Positions 51,196-61,604 of a stretch of DNA of 64,000 bases are shown piece after piece (position 1 is the stretch's first letter; the number at the start of each line of letters is the position of its first letter). The position numbers and the translations under genes are program-made. The stretch lies in the sequence record SRR31156797_760. One strand, 5' to 3'. A model generated the notes under the pieces. The model saw only the letters and a list, made by a program, of their open reading frames with translations. It was not told where the DNA came from and ran no database searches.

Positions 51196-52623
51196 TTACT
51201 CCGTGTAGTCGATGGCTGCCGAGGCCGCAGCCTCTCCTGTCCGATACCGCAAGAACAGAATTAATGAAATCACGGAAACAGCTATACCGACGCCTGTAGC
51301 AACGGGCATGGGTAAATTGAATCCAATCTGAGCATAACAGAGGAATGTCGTGACAACACAAGTCATGAATAATGCTGGAATCGTCGTCAGCCAATGGCTC
51401 TTGCCCACCATGGCGAGGTGTGCCGAAGCCGCCCACAATACGATGGCCGCCATTGTCTGGTTGGCCCACCCAAAATAGCGCCAAATCAAACCGAATTCCG
51501 TCAATGACACCATGAATCCGACAAGAAAAAGCGGAACCGCGATAAAAATGCGCTTCATATTTTCTTTCTGAGACAGCCCCATGAAATCCGCGATGATTAA
51601 CCGGGCACTTCTGAAAGCCGTGTCACCCGAAGTAACGGGGAGCAAAACCACTCCAATAACAGCCAGAATACCGCCAAATGCACCGAGGAGTTCAGTGGAT
51701 ACCGTGTTCACCACCAGAGCTGGACCGCCGGTTCCCAATACTTCGTTGAGTTCCTCAGGAGTATCGAAAAACGCAATAGCCAATGACGCCCAGATAATGG
51801 CGATGATGCCCTCTGCAATCATACCGCCGTAAAAGACCATGTGCCCGTATTTTTCATTGGGCAGACAACGAGCCATCATTGGCGACTGTGTGGCATGAAA
51901 TCCACTGATCGCACCACAGGCGATAGTGATGAAGACCAACGGCCAAAGCGGCAGGTCTTGCGGATTGGTGTGTGTAAACAGGGTCGAACTCTCGAACGAA
52001 TACCCTTTGGCTATCATCATCACAGCCAATCCAACGGCCATGAAAATAAGGATAGCACCGAAGATGGGATAAATGCGCCCGATGACCTTATCCACTGGCA
52101 AAATAGTGGCTATGAAATAATAGATAAAAATGATGACCACCCACATCTGAGTGGAAAAATCCGTCAAATTCTGAAGCAAACCGGCTGGGCCGAGCACGAA
52201 GACGATCCCTACTAAAACGAGCAGGACCACGGAGAAACCACGCATGAACTGCTGAAATCCTTTGCCAAGGGTCAACCCCACGACATCGGGAATACTACGC
52301 CCACCATGTCTGACCGAAAGCATACCGGAAAAGAAATCATGTACTGCACCGCCGAAAATACACCCGACAACGATCCAGACAAGGGCAATGGGACCATAGA
52401 GCGCACCCAGTATCGGACCGAAAATCGGCCCCAATCCTGCGATATTCAACAACTGAATAAGAAAGACTTTCCAGACCGGCATTTCCACATAATCCACGCC
52501 GTCGGTCATCGTCTTGGCCGGAGTCGGCCTTCCGGGATCAATTCCAAAAACTTTTGCGACAAACGATCCGTAAATAAAATAACCAAGTATAAGCAGTATG
52601 ATGGAACCAAAAAACAACGACAT
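51196..52623 (-). CDS. cstA: Carbon starvation CstA-family transporter
   Basis: DGVDY, IAGLGPIFG, GAVHD, IACGAISGFH, TSGDTA. Confidence 0.9.
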   Translation of the reverse strand: MSLFFGSIILLILGYFIYGSFVAKVFGIDPGRPTPAKTMTDGVDYVEMPVWKVFLIQLLNIAGLGPIFGPILGALYGPIALVWIVVGCIFGGAVHDFFSGMLSVRHGGRSIPDVVGLTLGKGFQQFMRGFSVVLLVLVGIVFVLGPAGLLQNLTDFSTQMWVVIIFIYYFIATILPVDKVIGRIYPIFGAILIFMAVGLAVMMIAKGYSFESSTLFTHTNPQDLPLWPLVFITIACGAISGFHATQSPMMARCLPNEKYGHMVFYGGMIAEGIIAIIWASLAIAFFDTPEELNEVLGTGGPALVVNTVSTELLGAFGGILAVIGVVLLPVTSGDTAFRSARLIIADFMGLSQKENMKRIFIAVPLFLVGFMVSLTEFGLIWRYFGWANQTMAAIVLWAASAHLAMVGKSHWLTTIPALFMTCVVTTFLCYAQIGFNLPMPVATGVGIAVSVISLILFLRYRTGEAAASAAIDYTE

Positions 52624-52721
52624 TGGGGCCTCCGCACGCGCATTTATTGAACCGACGAGGGACAATCAGCGCGTACGCTACACCAATATAGTAAAAAAAG
52701 TAAAGAAAAGGAGAATCTTAC

Positions 52722-53348
52722 TCAGAGGACAAAATGCGGATTATTTTCTTTTTCATGAATCACCGATGTCATGGGACCATGACCGGAATAAATTCGCGTG
52801 GCATCAGGCAATATAAAAATGCGTGAACGGATTGACCTAAGAAGCTCTGACGAACTCCCCCGAGGCAGGTCTGTCCGACCAACCGCGATCATAAAGATGA
52901 GATCGCCCACAAAGACGCAACCCGCCGCCGGAAAGAAAAAGGAAAGACTGCCCGGAGTATGCCCCGGCGTATCAAGAACGAGCATGTCGTGTCCAAGAAC
53001 CTTACGCCGCCCCGGACCTATCTCTTCAAAAGGAAATTCCAAAAACTCGACAAGTTCTCGACACCCGCCCGCTTCAATAGACAAGTCCTTCATAAACTCA
53101 TCAACACCACTGATAAAAACCGGCGCGGGACACTCTTCAAGAAGTTCCTGAACCCCACCCACATGATCTATATGGAAATGAGTAATATAGATGCCGGTCA
53201 ACTTCAGTCCCAACTCTTTGATGCGCTGAATGAGTCGCTGAGGCTCAGTCCCCACATCAATAACCACGGCTTCACCATCCACGCTGAGCAGATAGCAATT
53301 GGTCTCTTCCATACCAAGGACAAATGTTTCAACAGTCAGTTTGCTCAT
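52722..53348 (-). CDS. MBL-fold metallo-hydrolase (glyoxalase II-like)
   Basis: THFHIDH, TPGHTPG, GDL, GRTDL, SGHG. Confidence 0.9.
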   Translation of the reverse strand: MSKLTVETFVLGMEETNCYLLSVDGEAVVIDVGTEPQRLIQRIKELGLKLTGIYITHFHIDHVGGVQELLEECPAPVFISGVDEFMKDLSIEAGGCRELVEFLEFPFEEIGPGRRKVLGHDMLVLDTPGHTPGSLSFFFPAAGCVFVGDLIFMIAVGRTDLPRGSSSELLRSIRSRIFILPDATRIYSGHGPMTSVIHEKENNPHFVL

Positions 53349-53407
53349 GCTTGACGAACGACTCCGGTTCATGAAAGTTTTAAGAATACCAACATCAAGG
53401 ATGAAGA

Positions 53408-54583
53408 ATGCTTTACTTTTCGGGCAACTGTCAAATGGATTTCCTGAGTCGGGCTGTGGCAGAGCAAGGGCTTGACGTTACGTATCGTGTTCTGGCCTCG
53501 CCGCTGACATTGACCAGTCATCCTGGACAAGTACCGCCACAACTCGCCAGTTTGGTCCAAAACATGGGGCTTGAAAACTTCTTCCATGGACGCCTTCCAA
53601 GCAATCAATTTCAGATCATCACACCGAATGACCCGCCGCCAAAACTTCTGGTCATGAACCTGTTCCATGAGAACTCCCCGCTCTTCATCCACAAGCAGGA
53701 CAAGTACATTTTCTTCATAGACCCGGTGGTCTGGAAATCACATCCGAAAATGGAAACATGGATGAAGGCCGAATGCGGCATGATTCAACCCAATCCGACC
53801 ACGTATCTCAAACGATACGGCGAGATGCTGGCAACACTACGATCCATGCACCCGGATCTTCCCATTGTGGTGGTTTCGCGACTCTCTCCTTATCCTGCCT
53901 TTGGCCCGGAACCACACTCCTACCTTGACGGATGGGCTGATATCTATCGAGAGGCCCCGGCTCACATGAAAGTCTGGGAAAGAGAACTTGGTAACGTGCA
54001 CACCGTAGACATGGACCGAATCTTCGGCGGTATCTGGAATGAATCAGACAAGCGCATCGAAAGTCACTGCCCGTTCCTCAAGCTCTCTCTGGAAGAAACA
54101 GACGGAACCGTGACAGGCCTGCATGCCGGACGTGATGTGGAACATATCGGGTCCATGTGGCCACGGTTGGCAGAGAAAATCATTGCATACTTAAAAACAG
54201 GCCGTATCGAATACACGCAAAACGAAACCATCCCGGTTGAATGGAACAGGCCATGGCAACCACACAAACTTGATCAATCCGCCATGCTGGAAAAGCTTTC
54301 TTCGGGGGGCAATTATCTCTGTGCCGAAGCTGTGGGGAGTTTCTTCCTTGATCTCGGCACGGACTACACGGAACTGCTGGCCCAAACCGGACACCTGACC
54401 CCGGTCTGCCACAACACCCTGCACATGATAAAGACCTATGGCCGCATCTTCAAGAATCCGCTGATGGCTCAGTGGTGCGAAGCCCACAGAAAAACCGCCG
54501 AACGCTTTACGGACGGCGGCCCTCTTTATCAACAGGATTATCTTAAGCGCATTGATGAAATCAAAACGTTCGTGGCAGGCTAA
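53408..54583 (+). CDS. Hypothetical protein, WcbI/SGNH-like N-terminus
   Basis: N-terminal SGNCQ motif, DxxH-like DVEH; long ORF with typical codon use. Confidence 0.6.
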   Translation: MLYFSGNCQMDFLSRAVAEQGLDVTYRVLASPLTLTSHPGQVPPQLASLVQNMGLENFFHGRLPSNQFQIITPNDPPPKLLVMNLFHENSPLFIHKQDKYIFFIDPVVWKSHPKMETWMKAECGMIQPNPTTYLKRYGEMLATLRSMHPDLPIVVVSRLSPYPAFGPEPHSYLDGWADIYREAPAHMKVWERELGNVHTVDMDRIFGGIWNESDKRIESHCPFLKLSLEETDGTVTGLHAGRDVEHIGSMWPRLAEKIIAYLKTGRIEYTQNETIPVEWNRPWQPHKLDQSAMLEKLSSGGNYLCAEAVGSFFLDLGTDYTELLAQTGHLTPVCHNTLHMIKTYGRIFKNPLMAQWCEAHRKTAERFTDGGPLYQQDYLKRIDEIKTFVAG

Positions 54584-55971
54584 CGCCTCGTCAATCCATA
54601 CTTTTTCAATTTATACTGCAAGGTTCTGCGGCTGATACCCAAAGCATCCGCCGTGCGTTCGCGATGATTGCCGTTTTCTTCCAACGCCTGAATAATGGCC
54701 TGCTTCTCGGCTTCTTCCAGATTTGCAGGTGCAGCAGAGCTTGCCGAGGTTGGTGGAGTAAAGTCTATGTGAACGGCAGCCTCACGCGCACCAGTTATCT
54801 GAGGTGGCAACAAGTCCGTCCCCAAGGCATCAGCGCGGGATAGAATCAGGGCACGCTCCAAAACATTTTCCAACTCACGCACATTACCGGGCCAATCATA
54901 GCCGGACAAAGCATCAAGGAAGGCAGGGGTTACCGTACGAATAATCTTGTTGTTCTTGTTGCCCAGACGACGCAGCAGAAAACTGACCAAAAGTGGCAGG
55001 TCTTCCTTGCGTTCATCCAGAGGAGGAATACGAATCTCCAACACGGCCAGTCGATAGTACAGATCTTCCCGGAATCGTCCGGCATCGACCTCTTTTTTCA
55101 AATTCCGATTGGTGGCTGCGATAATACGCGTATCCACATGAATGGGTTTAATCGACCCCAACGGTTCAATGGTCTTTTCCTGCAAAGCGCGAAGCAACTT
55201 GGCTTGAAGCGCGGCAGGCATTTCGCCTATCTCATCCAAAAACAACGTACCGCCATCGGCCAATTGGAACCGACCGGGCTTATCCTTGACCGCACCGGTA
55301 AACGCGCCTTTTTCGTAACCGAACAATTCCGATTCAAGCAGATCATCAGGCAACGCTGCACAATTGACCTTGATAAGAGGACGATTTGCCCGGTGACTTG
55401 CCCGGTGCAGCCCTTCGGCCACCAGTTCCTTACCCGTGCCGGATGGCCCAAGTATAAGGACAGTCGCCTCGGTGGGACCGGCCTGACCAATAAGGTCGCG
55501 CACCCGTTCAATACCGGGACTGGCACCAATGAAATCGGCCTCGCCGCTCACTTCGGCCCTGAGCCGTACATTCTCCTCAAGCAACTTATGATATTCAAAG
55601 GCCTTGCCGATAACCGCCGTCAATTCATCGTTGTCAGCGGGTTTGGTCAAGTAATCGAAGGCCCCTTTTTTCATGGCATCAACGGCACTGCCGACACTGC
55701 CAAAGGCCGTCAACAAAACCACAGGCATACTCGGACGTCGAATCTGCAATTCCTTGAGCAATTGCATACCGTCCATACCGGGCATTTTCATGTCCACCAT
55801 GGCCACATCGGGAAATGTGTCCGACTCGGCTTCCTCGGCCAAAACCTGCAAGGCCTGTTCGCCTGAATCGGCTTCGAGGACTGTCCAGTCTTCTTCCTCA
55901 AGAACGGCACGGACCATCATTCGGTGGCCTGGCTCGTCGTCAACAACGAGAACAATACGTTCTTCAGTCAT
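54580..55971 (-). CDS. Sigma54-dependent response regulator (ZraR/NtrC-like)
   Basis: Receiver domain (VVDDE, DMKMP), [28 protein letters not shown], Fis HTH. Confidence 0.95.
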   Translation of the reverse strand: MTEERIVLVVDDEPGHRMMVRAVLEEEDWTVLEADSGEQALQVLAEEAESDTFPDVAMVDMKMPGMDGMQLLKELQIRRPSMPVVLLTAFGSVGSAVDAMKKGAFDYLTKPADNDELTAVIGKAFEYHKLLEENVRLRAEVSGEADFIGASPGIERVRDLIGQAGPTEATVLILGPSGTGKELVAEGLHRASHRANRPLIKVNCAALPDDLLESELFGYEKGAFTGAVKDKPGRFQLADGGTLFLDEIGEMPAALQAKLLRALQEKTIEPLGSIKPIHVDTRIIAATNRNLKKEVDAGRFREDLYYRLAVLEIRIPPLDERKEDLPLLVSFLLRRLGNKNNKIIRTVTPAFLDALSGYDWPGNVRELENVLERALILSRADALGTDLLPPQITGAREAAVHIDFTPPTSASSAAPANLEEAEKQAIIQALEENGNHRERTADALGISRRTLQYKLKKYGLTRR

Positions 55972-55983
55972 ATATCTACTTCC

Positions 55984-57807
55984 TTAGCTATCGCTTTCGG
56001 TATTCTTCGGGAAAAAAAGTTTCATCTCGGTGCCTTCACCCGGCTCGGAATGAATGACGACCTCGCCCTTGTGCGCCCGCATGATATTCTGGACAATGGC
56101 AAGTCCAAGACCTGTACCGGTCTTCTTGCCGGTCACAAACGGCTTGAATACGTCGCCTTCCAGATTGGGGTCCATACCCGGCCCATTGTCAGCCACAATA
56201 AGCCAGACGCCATCCTTGCCCTGAACCGAAGTCAGCAAAATATGCCCCGGCTTTGCGCACTCCGGGCATCCCTCGATGGCATCAAGGCTGTTGGTGATAA
56301 GGTTGAGCAGGATTTGTCTGAGCGCGTCCTGATCCGCAAAAACCGACTCCGGGCCAAAATTGAACTCCGCCACGGTTTCCTTGTCCTGGAAATCAAACCG
56401 CATGAGCTGTTTGATGGAATCGCCAAGCGTGGACAAATCTATTTCCATGGGATCAAGCTGACGCGGACGTGCCAAATAAAGCAGGTCAGTAACAACCCGA
56501 TTCAGGCGGTCCGCCTCCTGCACCATGGCAGCGGCATACTGATCAAGCGGAGCCTGCCCCTTGAGCTTGGTGGCAAACAATTGGGCAAAACCACGCAATG
56601 AACTCAGTGGATTGCGCACCTCATGAGCCACTCCTGCGGCCAGAGAACCGATTTCCGCCAGCCGCTTGGCCTCGTTCAAATCTTCTTCGAGTGACCGAAG
56701 CTGGGTGCGGTCGCGTATGAGCACAAGCCGTTGACCGAGCTCAGGAGCTCCACCATCGTCATATTCCTGAAACGGCAACGTCAGAATTTCAAGCTGACGG
56801 CCCTGATAGTCAAACTGCTCCCACTCATACGGCACAGCAAGGCCGGTTTCGTCATGGGTCTTTCCAAAATCAAAATCATGCCAATTGGTACCGATAATCT
56901 CGGGCGCACCTTCTTCTCCTTCAGGAGCAAGAAGCTTCTTGGCCGAGTGATTGGCGGCCAAGACCTCTCCACTCTCGGCCAAAGTAACAAGACCGTCGGG
57001 CATGTTGTCGAGCAATTTGCTCTGGAACCGTTCTAGACGAATCAGCTGACGGCTGGCCCCTCGACGGCGCAGATAAGCAAACGCCAACGACCAAAGAACA
57101 ACTGCGGCAAGAAAAACATATCCGGTTTGATACGTGGCCGCTCGACGATACTGCCGAAACTGGGCCAGATGCTTCTCCGCATTGAGTCCTACCACCAGAA
57201 AAACCGGCGGTTCTTCTGGCTCTCTTTGCATACCATGCCGCATGCCCTGCCCTTGGCCTTGGCCTCGACGCGGCATATGATTTGAACCATGTTCACCATC
57301 TTCAACAAAGGGAGGCATACCGCTCAAGGTGGATATACCAGGTCGAGCACGCAACCCGGAAATGAGAACACTTTTCTTGCCCACCTGAGCCATCACATGC
57401 CACGCTCTGCCAGTCTCAATATCGCTGGTCACGGAATCAGGCAGACTAAACACGGGAGTATCTTCTACGGCAGAAGAAACCAGAGGACGGCCATCTTCGC
57501 CGAACAGAGTAATAAACACTATATCTTCGGATTTGGTCAGTTCAGCAAACAATTCCTCGGACATCGCCTGAAAAAGTTCGGGCGACTGAGGTGTCATTCG
57601 TAAATTCCGGGCAATACGTAATATATTATTATCCACGCCGCGCAGGATGGAGTTGCCGGTCATGATCATATGATCCTCGACGATCTTGCGCTGCTGTGCA
57701 ATGGATCGCCAAGTCAAATAGAGACTTCCCACTCCCAACACGATAAGTGCCAGGACAAGGGCGACCAAAGGTCCTTTTTCCTTTCCGTCGGAATGAACAA
57801 CTTCCAT
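55984..57807 (-). CDS. Sensor histidine kinase (ZraS-like)
   Basis: Two TM segments, His/Met/Gly-rich periplasmic insert, PAS, AHEVRNPL, DNGPG, GTGLGL. Confidence 0.92.
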   Translation of the reverse strand: MEVVHSDGKEKGPLVALVLALIVLGVGSLYLTWRSIAQQRKIVEDHMIMTGNSILRGVDNNILRIARNLRMTPQSPELFQAMSEELFAELTKSEDIVFITLFGEDGRPLVSSAVEDTPVFSLPDSVTSDIETGRAWHVMAQVGKKSVLISGLRARPGISTLSGMPPFVEDGEHGSNHMPRRGQGQGQGMRHGMQREPEEPPVFLVVGLNAEKHLAQFRQYRRAATYQTGYVFLAAVVLWSLAFAYLRRRGASRQLIRLERFQSKLLDNMPDGLVTLAESGEVLAANHSAKKLLAPEGEEGAPEIIGTNWHDFDFGKTHDETGLAVPYEWEQFDYQGRQLEILTLPFQEYDDGGAPELGQRLVLIRDRTQLRSLEEDLNEAKRLAEIGSLAAGVAHEVRNPLSSLRGFAQLFATKLKGQAPLDQYAAAMVQEADRLNRVVTDLLYLARPRQLDPMEIDLSTLGDSIKQLMRFDFQDKETVAEFNFGPESVFADQDALRQILLNLITNSLDAIEGCPECAKPGHILLTSVQGKDGVWLIVADNGPGMDPNLEGDVFKPFVTGKKTGTGLGLAIVQNIMRAHKGEVVIHSEPGEGTEMKLFFPKNTESDS

Positions 57808-57813
57808 ATACTG

Positions 57814-58629
57814 CTACTTGCCTTTGATAATCAGGTAAACATCTTTGGGAGTACTATCGTACTTCTCGGCCAGAGACTTGAAGGAACTCTCAGAAGTAGC
57901 ATCCATGCCTGCGGCCTTAAGCTTCGCAAGGACTTCGTCAACATCAAGACCATATGTCTTGCACACATTTCCCACCTTGAGCTTACCGGTGCCGGCGGGT
58001 GGAACAGCGGGCATTCCCTCGTACAAATCAACGTCCTGACCACCACGAATCGTGTCATACACCTGCTGCGGGCTTACACCCTTGGAACGGGCTATGTCCT
58101 TGATAAGTGACTGCTCGTTAATGGTGGAATCATATCCGGCAGCGTGAAGAGTTTCCACGGCTTTTGCTGCATCAAGACCGAGAAAACCACAAAATTTCAT
58201 GAGCGGGCTTGTTTCTGCGTGACCATATGGAGGATTGCCATAAGTCGTCGTGGCTTCTTCTTTTATCTCCGCAGAGAAATCGAGCAACTGCTGCATGGGC
58301 GGCAGGCCGAGCAACGTACCGACAAGCACGAAAAGCGTCAGAACCAAACTGATAACCATGGGCACCGTCAAAACCACGAATTCCCGGGCACGATTCTTCA
58401 TGTAGGCCATGAGCGGCTTCCAGTTTAACCAAATATGCAGGAACATGGCGACCAAAAAAAGCGTTCCCACTGTAGTATGGATGTCCCCCCACTGGGTTTT
58501 GGTTAAACCAAGCAAATGCCAGTCAGCCCAGTAGGCCACGCGTCCCTCGGGTACAACGTACAAAATCACGCTGGTCAACAGCGTGATGAGAAAAGACAAA
58601 AGGCCTGTCAGGGATGTAATTTTCCTCAT
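57814..58629 (-). CDS. DUF4405-like membrane protein
   Basis: PEGRVAYW, WGDIH and LHIWLNW; C-terminal duplicated small domain. Confidence 0.75.
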   Translation of the reverse strand: MRKITSLTGLLSFLITLLTSVILYVVPEGRVAYWADWHLLGLTKTQWGDIHTTVGTLFLVAMFLHIWLNWKPLMAYMKNRAREFVVLTVPMVISLVLTLFVLVGTLLGLPPMQQLLDFSAEIKEEATTTYGNPPYGHAETSPLMKFCGFLGLDAAKAVETLHAAGYDSTINEQSLIKDIARSKGVSPQQVYDTIRGGQDVDLYEGMPAVPPAGTGKLKVGNVCKTYGLDVDEVLAKLKAAGMDATSESSFKSLAEKYDSTPKDVYLIIKGK

Positions 58630-58709
58630 GGTCAAAATGCCTCCTCAAAAAGATGCATACTCCACTGTTCCGAGTTCTACGCGTGAAGCTATTTGAAGTT
58701 TATTATTAT

Positions 58710-58747
58710 TTGCGGGACGGCCGCCACCGTGGCAGACCGTCCCGCAA
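58710..58747 (-). other. Intercistronic stem-loop (mRNA stabiliser or attenuator)
   Basis: TTGCGGGACGG/CCGTCCCGCAA; no U-tract on the transcribed strand. Confidence 0.6.
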
Positions 58748-58780
58748 GCGTCCTGTTTTCCTGGTTATAGGAAATATTAT

Positions 58781-59278
58781 CTAGTTAAAGCGGGGACCCT
58801 GACCGTTGCAGTTATATCCGTCGCCACGTCCCTGACCATAACAATCGCCATTATATCCACGTCCCTGACGTTGTCCGGGACCACGACCGTTGAATGCTAC
58901 GATACCGGTTTCTTTTTCGAGTTCAGCACGCATGGAATCACGGGTGTCGCGCATCTGGTCACGCAGCTTGGTCATGTCGGTTGTCAACTTGGTGATCTTC
59001 TTTTCATCAGCATTGCCGCCATTAACCATGGCCTGCAAAGTGGCGTGTTTTGCCCACATCTGATCACGCAGCTCGGTGAATTTGGGCTGGTACTTATCAA
59101 AGATCTTGTCGACCGCCGCCTGCTTTTCCGGGGTCAGCTGACTGTATACGCCGTTACCGCCGCAACCGTTTCCAGCCCTCTTTCCATGTCCATACCCTTG
59201 ACCGGCCATAGCCATTGCGGCCATGCTCAGGACCAGGACAGCTGCCAAAGCCGTGATGGTGATGTTCTTTTTGTTCAT
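58781..59278 (-). CDS. ZraP/Spy/CpxP-like periplasmic protein
   Basis: Signal peptide, LTPEKQ motif, helical core, Gly-rich termini; heads the ZraSR-like operon. Confidence 0.85.
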   Translation of the reverse strand: MNKKNITITALAAVLVLSMAAMAMAGQGYGHGKRAGNGCGGNGVYSQLTPEKQAAVDKIFDKYQPKFTELRDQMWAKHATLQAMVNGGNADEKKITKLTTDMTKLRDQMRDTRDSMRAELEKETGIVAFNGRGPGQRQGRGYNGDCYGQGRGDGYNCNGQGPRFN

Positions 59279-59351
59279 TGTTCCTCCGAAAATATTAAAA
59301 TGTTTTTTGCAATCAGGATGAAGAGAGTGTGTGATCTTCTGCTACTTATTA

Positions 59352-59367
59352 AGCACACCCCGTGCCA
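59352..59367 (-). promoter_or_regulatory. Sigma54 -24/-12 promoter
   Basis: Minus strand reads TGGCACGGGGTGTGCT. Confidence 0.8.
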
Positions 59368-59430
59368 ACATTCTAACATCTCTATTTAAAAGGAAAGTCT
59401 GAGAATTCGTCCATATCAAGCAGCATCAAT

Positions 59431-59478
59431 TGTGCACACGACTGCACATACACTGCACAAAACTCGTGCAATGTGCAA
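59431..59478. promoter_or_regulatory. Candidate ZraR-like activator binding sites
   Basis: TGTGCA-cacgac-TGCACA palindrome plus further TGCACA/GTGCAA half-sites. Confidence 0.7.
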
Positions 59479-59556
59479 GCAACCATCCTTGACATCGTGG
59501 ACAAAAGTCTCACATTTGAACAGGACACAATTTGAACGTCAATCCAAGGTAACGCA

Positions 59557-59769
59557 ATGCCCATATACGAATACATCTGCAAAAAATGCGACAATGAGTT
59601 CGAAGAACTTGTCTTTTCTCAAGACACCACTGTGGCCTGCCCAAAATGTGGCTCGGAAAAAACAGAAAAACTCATGAGTGCTTGCGCCGTACAAACTGAC
59701 GGCGGTGGGCTCAACCTCGATGCGTTACAGGATTCAGGCTGCGGCTCCGGCGGCGGCTGAGGTATCTAG
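59557..59769 (+). CDS. FmdB-family zinc-ribbon protein; ends at TGA 59760, or at TAG 59769 if the TGA is Sec
   Basis: MPIYEYICKKC..CPKCGS..KLMS; C-terminus GCGSGGG-TGA-GI-TAG. Confidence 0.85.
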
Positions 59770-59936
59770 ATTCCGCACCCCGGTCCGGGGACGATCCCTT
59801 TTTAACAATGACTGTTGACCTTCAATAATCGCTGTCACGGAGTATGGGTACAGCCATTTGCACCGTTTCCTTTCCTTGTAAGAAATGATAGATAAATCAA
59901 ACCGGTTTCCACATCTTGACCGTTCGAGGAGCTTCC

Positions 59937-60395
59937 ATGTCGAACAGATTGCCCTGGCCTGAATACTTCATGCGCATTGCCCATTTGGTGGCCCAGCGCT
60001 CCACATGCACCCGCCGCGCAGTGGGTGCCATTGCCGTACGCGACAAACGCATCCTTGCCACCGGTTACAACGGTGTTCCCACCAATATAGCCCATTGTGA
60101 AGAAGTCGGATGTCTTCGCGACAAGCTTAACATTCCGTCTGGCGAACGCCACGAGCTGTGCCGGGGGCTCCACGCCGAACAAAATGTCATCATCCAGGCA
60201 GCCACGCACAATCTGGACCTTAAAGGATGCGACATTTACTGCACTACCAAGCCGTGCATCCTGTGCACCAAGATGCTCATCAATTGCGAAGTGAAAAACA
60301 TCTATTTTTCCGAAAACTACCCTGACGAGTTGTCCGAAGAGATGCTCGCCGAGGCTGGAGTGAACTATGTGTTCATGGAAGGCGAATTCATCTAA
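59937..60395 (+). CDS. dCMP deaminase / cytidine deaminase family protein
   Basis: RSTC, TGYNG, HAEQN, PCILC; GAGGAG SD. Confidence 0.93.
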   Translation: MSNRLPWPEYFMRIAHLVAQRSTCTRRAVGAIAVRDKRILATGYNGVPTNIAHCEEVGCLRDKLNIPSGERHELCRGLHAEQNVIIQAATHNLDLKGCDIYCTTKPCILCTKMLINCEVKNIYFSENYPDELSEEMLAEAGVNYVFMEGEFI

Positions 60396-61503
60396 AGACG
60401 AACAATTCATGGCCGAGGCCGTGAATCTGGCCTATCAAGGGCGTGGCACCACTGCGCCCAATCCCTGCGTCGGCGCAGTCCTCGTGGACGGCGACCAAAT
60501 CGTCGCCCGAGGATGGCACACCCGATACGGCCAACTGCACGCTGAACGAGAATGTCTGGCACAAGCCAAAACAAAAGGCGTCAACCCTAACGGGCTGACC
60601 ATGTTTGTCACCCTCGAGCCATGCAACCACCACGGCAAAACCCCTCCCTGCACCGAAGCCATCATTGAAGCAGGCATCACCAAAGTCGTTATCGGCACTC
60701 GTGACCCCAACCCCGTTGCCGCTGGCGGCGTGGAAAAACTGCAAAGCCACGGTATCGAAATCGTGGTGGGTGTCCTTGAGCAGCAATGCAAAGACCTCAT
60801 TGCCGACTTTTTGCTCTGGCAGGACTCGCATTCCCCATTCAACATCATTAAAATGGCTGCAACGCTGGACGGGAAAATCGCATCCAGCGCAAAAAAACCT
60901 GAACCGGTTTCCAGCCCGGAGTCTTTTGCCCGTGTCCACGATCTGCGTGGCATGGTCGGAGCCGTCGTCGTCGGCGGAACCACATTCTACGCCGATAACC
61001 CGAGTCTGAACTGTCGCTTGGAACAATTGCCACCAGATTTTATCCAACCCTTTGGCGTAGTCGTCACGTCACGACTCCCTGAAGATCCGGCGGCACACAC
61101 CCTGCTTCGGAAACGTCCAGAACGTGCTATTTTCATGACCACCGAAACAGCCGCCCACAGTGAAGCCGCTGACCGTCTGCGAAGCCGAGGCACCTCGGTC
61201 TGGCCCCTGCCGGGACACCCTGGAGGCCTGGCTCTCTCCTGCGGATTCGAACGACTCCGCTACGAAAAAGGATGTCATTACACCCTGTGCGAAGGTGGTG
61301 GAAGATTTTCCATGGCCCTCATCCAACAGGGACTAGCCGATGAACTCGTCCATTTCGTGACCCCTCGCATACTTGGCGACAACACCGCTCCAGCGGCTTA
61401 CTCTGGCCGCAAATCCATCTCCATGGCTGATTCAGTAGACTTCCGTATCATCAAAACGGAAACTACAGGATCGGATATCATGTTGACTTTACGGACAAAA
61501 TAA
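60367..61503 (+). CDS. ribD: Riboflavin biosynthesis deaminase/reductase RibD (start uncertain, alternative 60409)
   Basis: [33 protein letters not shown]. Confidence 0.95.
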   Translation: MCSWKANSSKDEQFMAEAVNLAYQGRGTTAPNPCVGAVLVDGDQIVARGWHTRYGQLHAERECLAQAKTKGVNPNGLTMFVTLEPCNHHGKTPPCTEAIIEAGITKVVIGTRDPNPVAAGGVEKLQSHGIEIVVGVLEQQCKDLIADFLLWQDSHSPFNIIKMAATLDGKIASSAKKPEPVSSPESFARVHDLRGMVGAVVVGGTTFYADNPSLNCRLEQLPPDFIQPFGVVVTSRLPEDPAAHTLLRKRPERAIFMTTETAAHSEAADRLRSRGTSVWPLPGHPGGLALSCGFERLRYEKGCHYTLCEGGGRFSMALIQQGLADELVHFVTPRILGDNTAPAAYSGRKSISMADSVDFRIIKTETTGSDIMLTLRTK

Positions 61504-61520
61504 TCTTTCAACATAGAAAC

Positions 61521-61568
61521 ATGAACTAAGGTTCATTTTTTATATTGACAACATGAACCCGACCTCAT
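61521..61568. promoter_or_regulatory. Sigma70 promoter with tandem TetR-type operators
   Basis: ATGAAC-taag-GTTCAT (61521-61536), TTGACA (61545-61550), degenerate ATGAAC-ccga-CCTCAT (61553-61568). Confidence 0.7.
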
Positions 61569-61604
61569 ATTTGTATTTTATGAACAAACGCCAAGGAGGC
61601 ATTC

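Noticed and set aside
59800-59936. FMN riboswitch before the deaminase-rib genes (also checked 63680-63741)
   Set aside because: No RFN consensus, and the second gap is too short.
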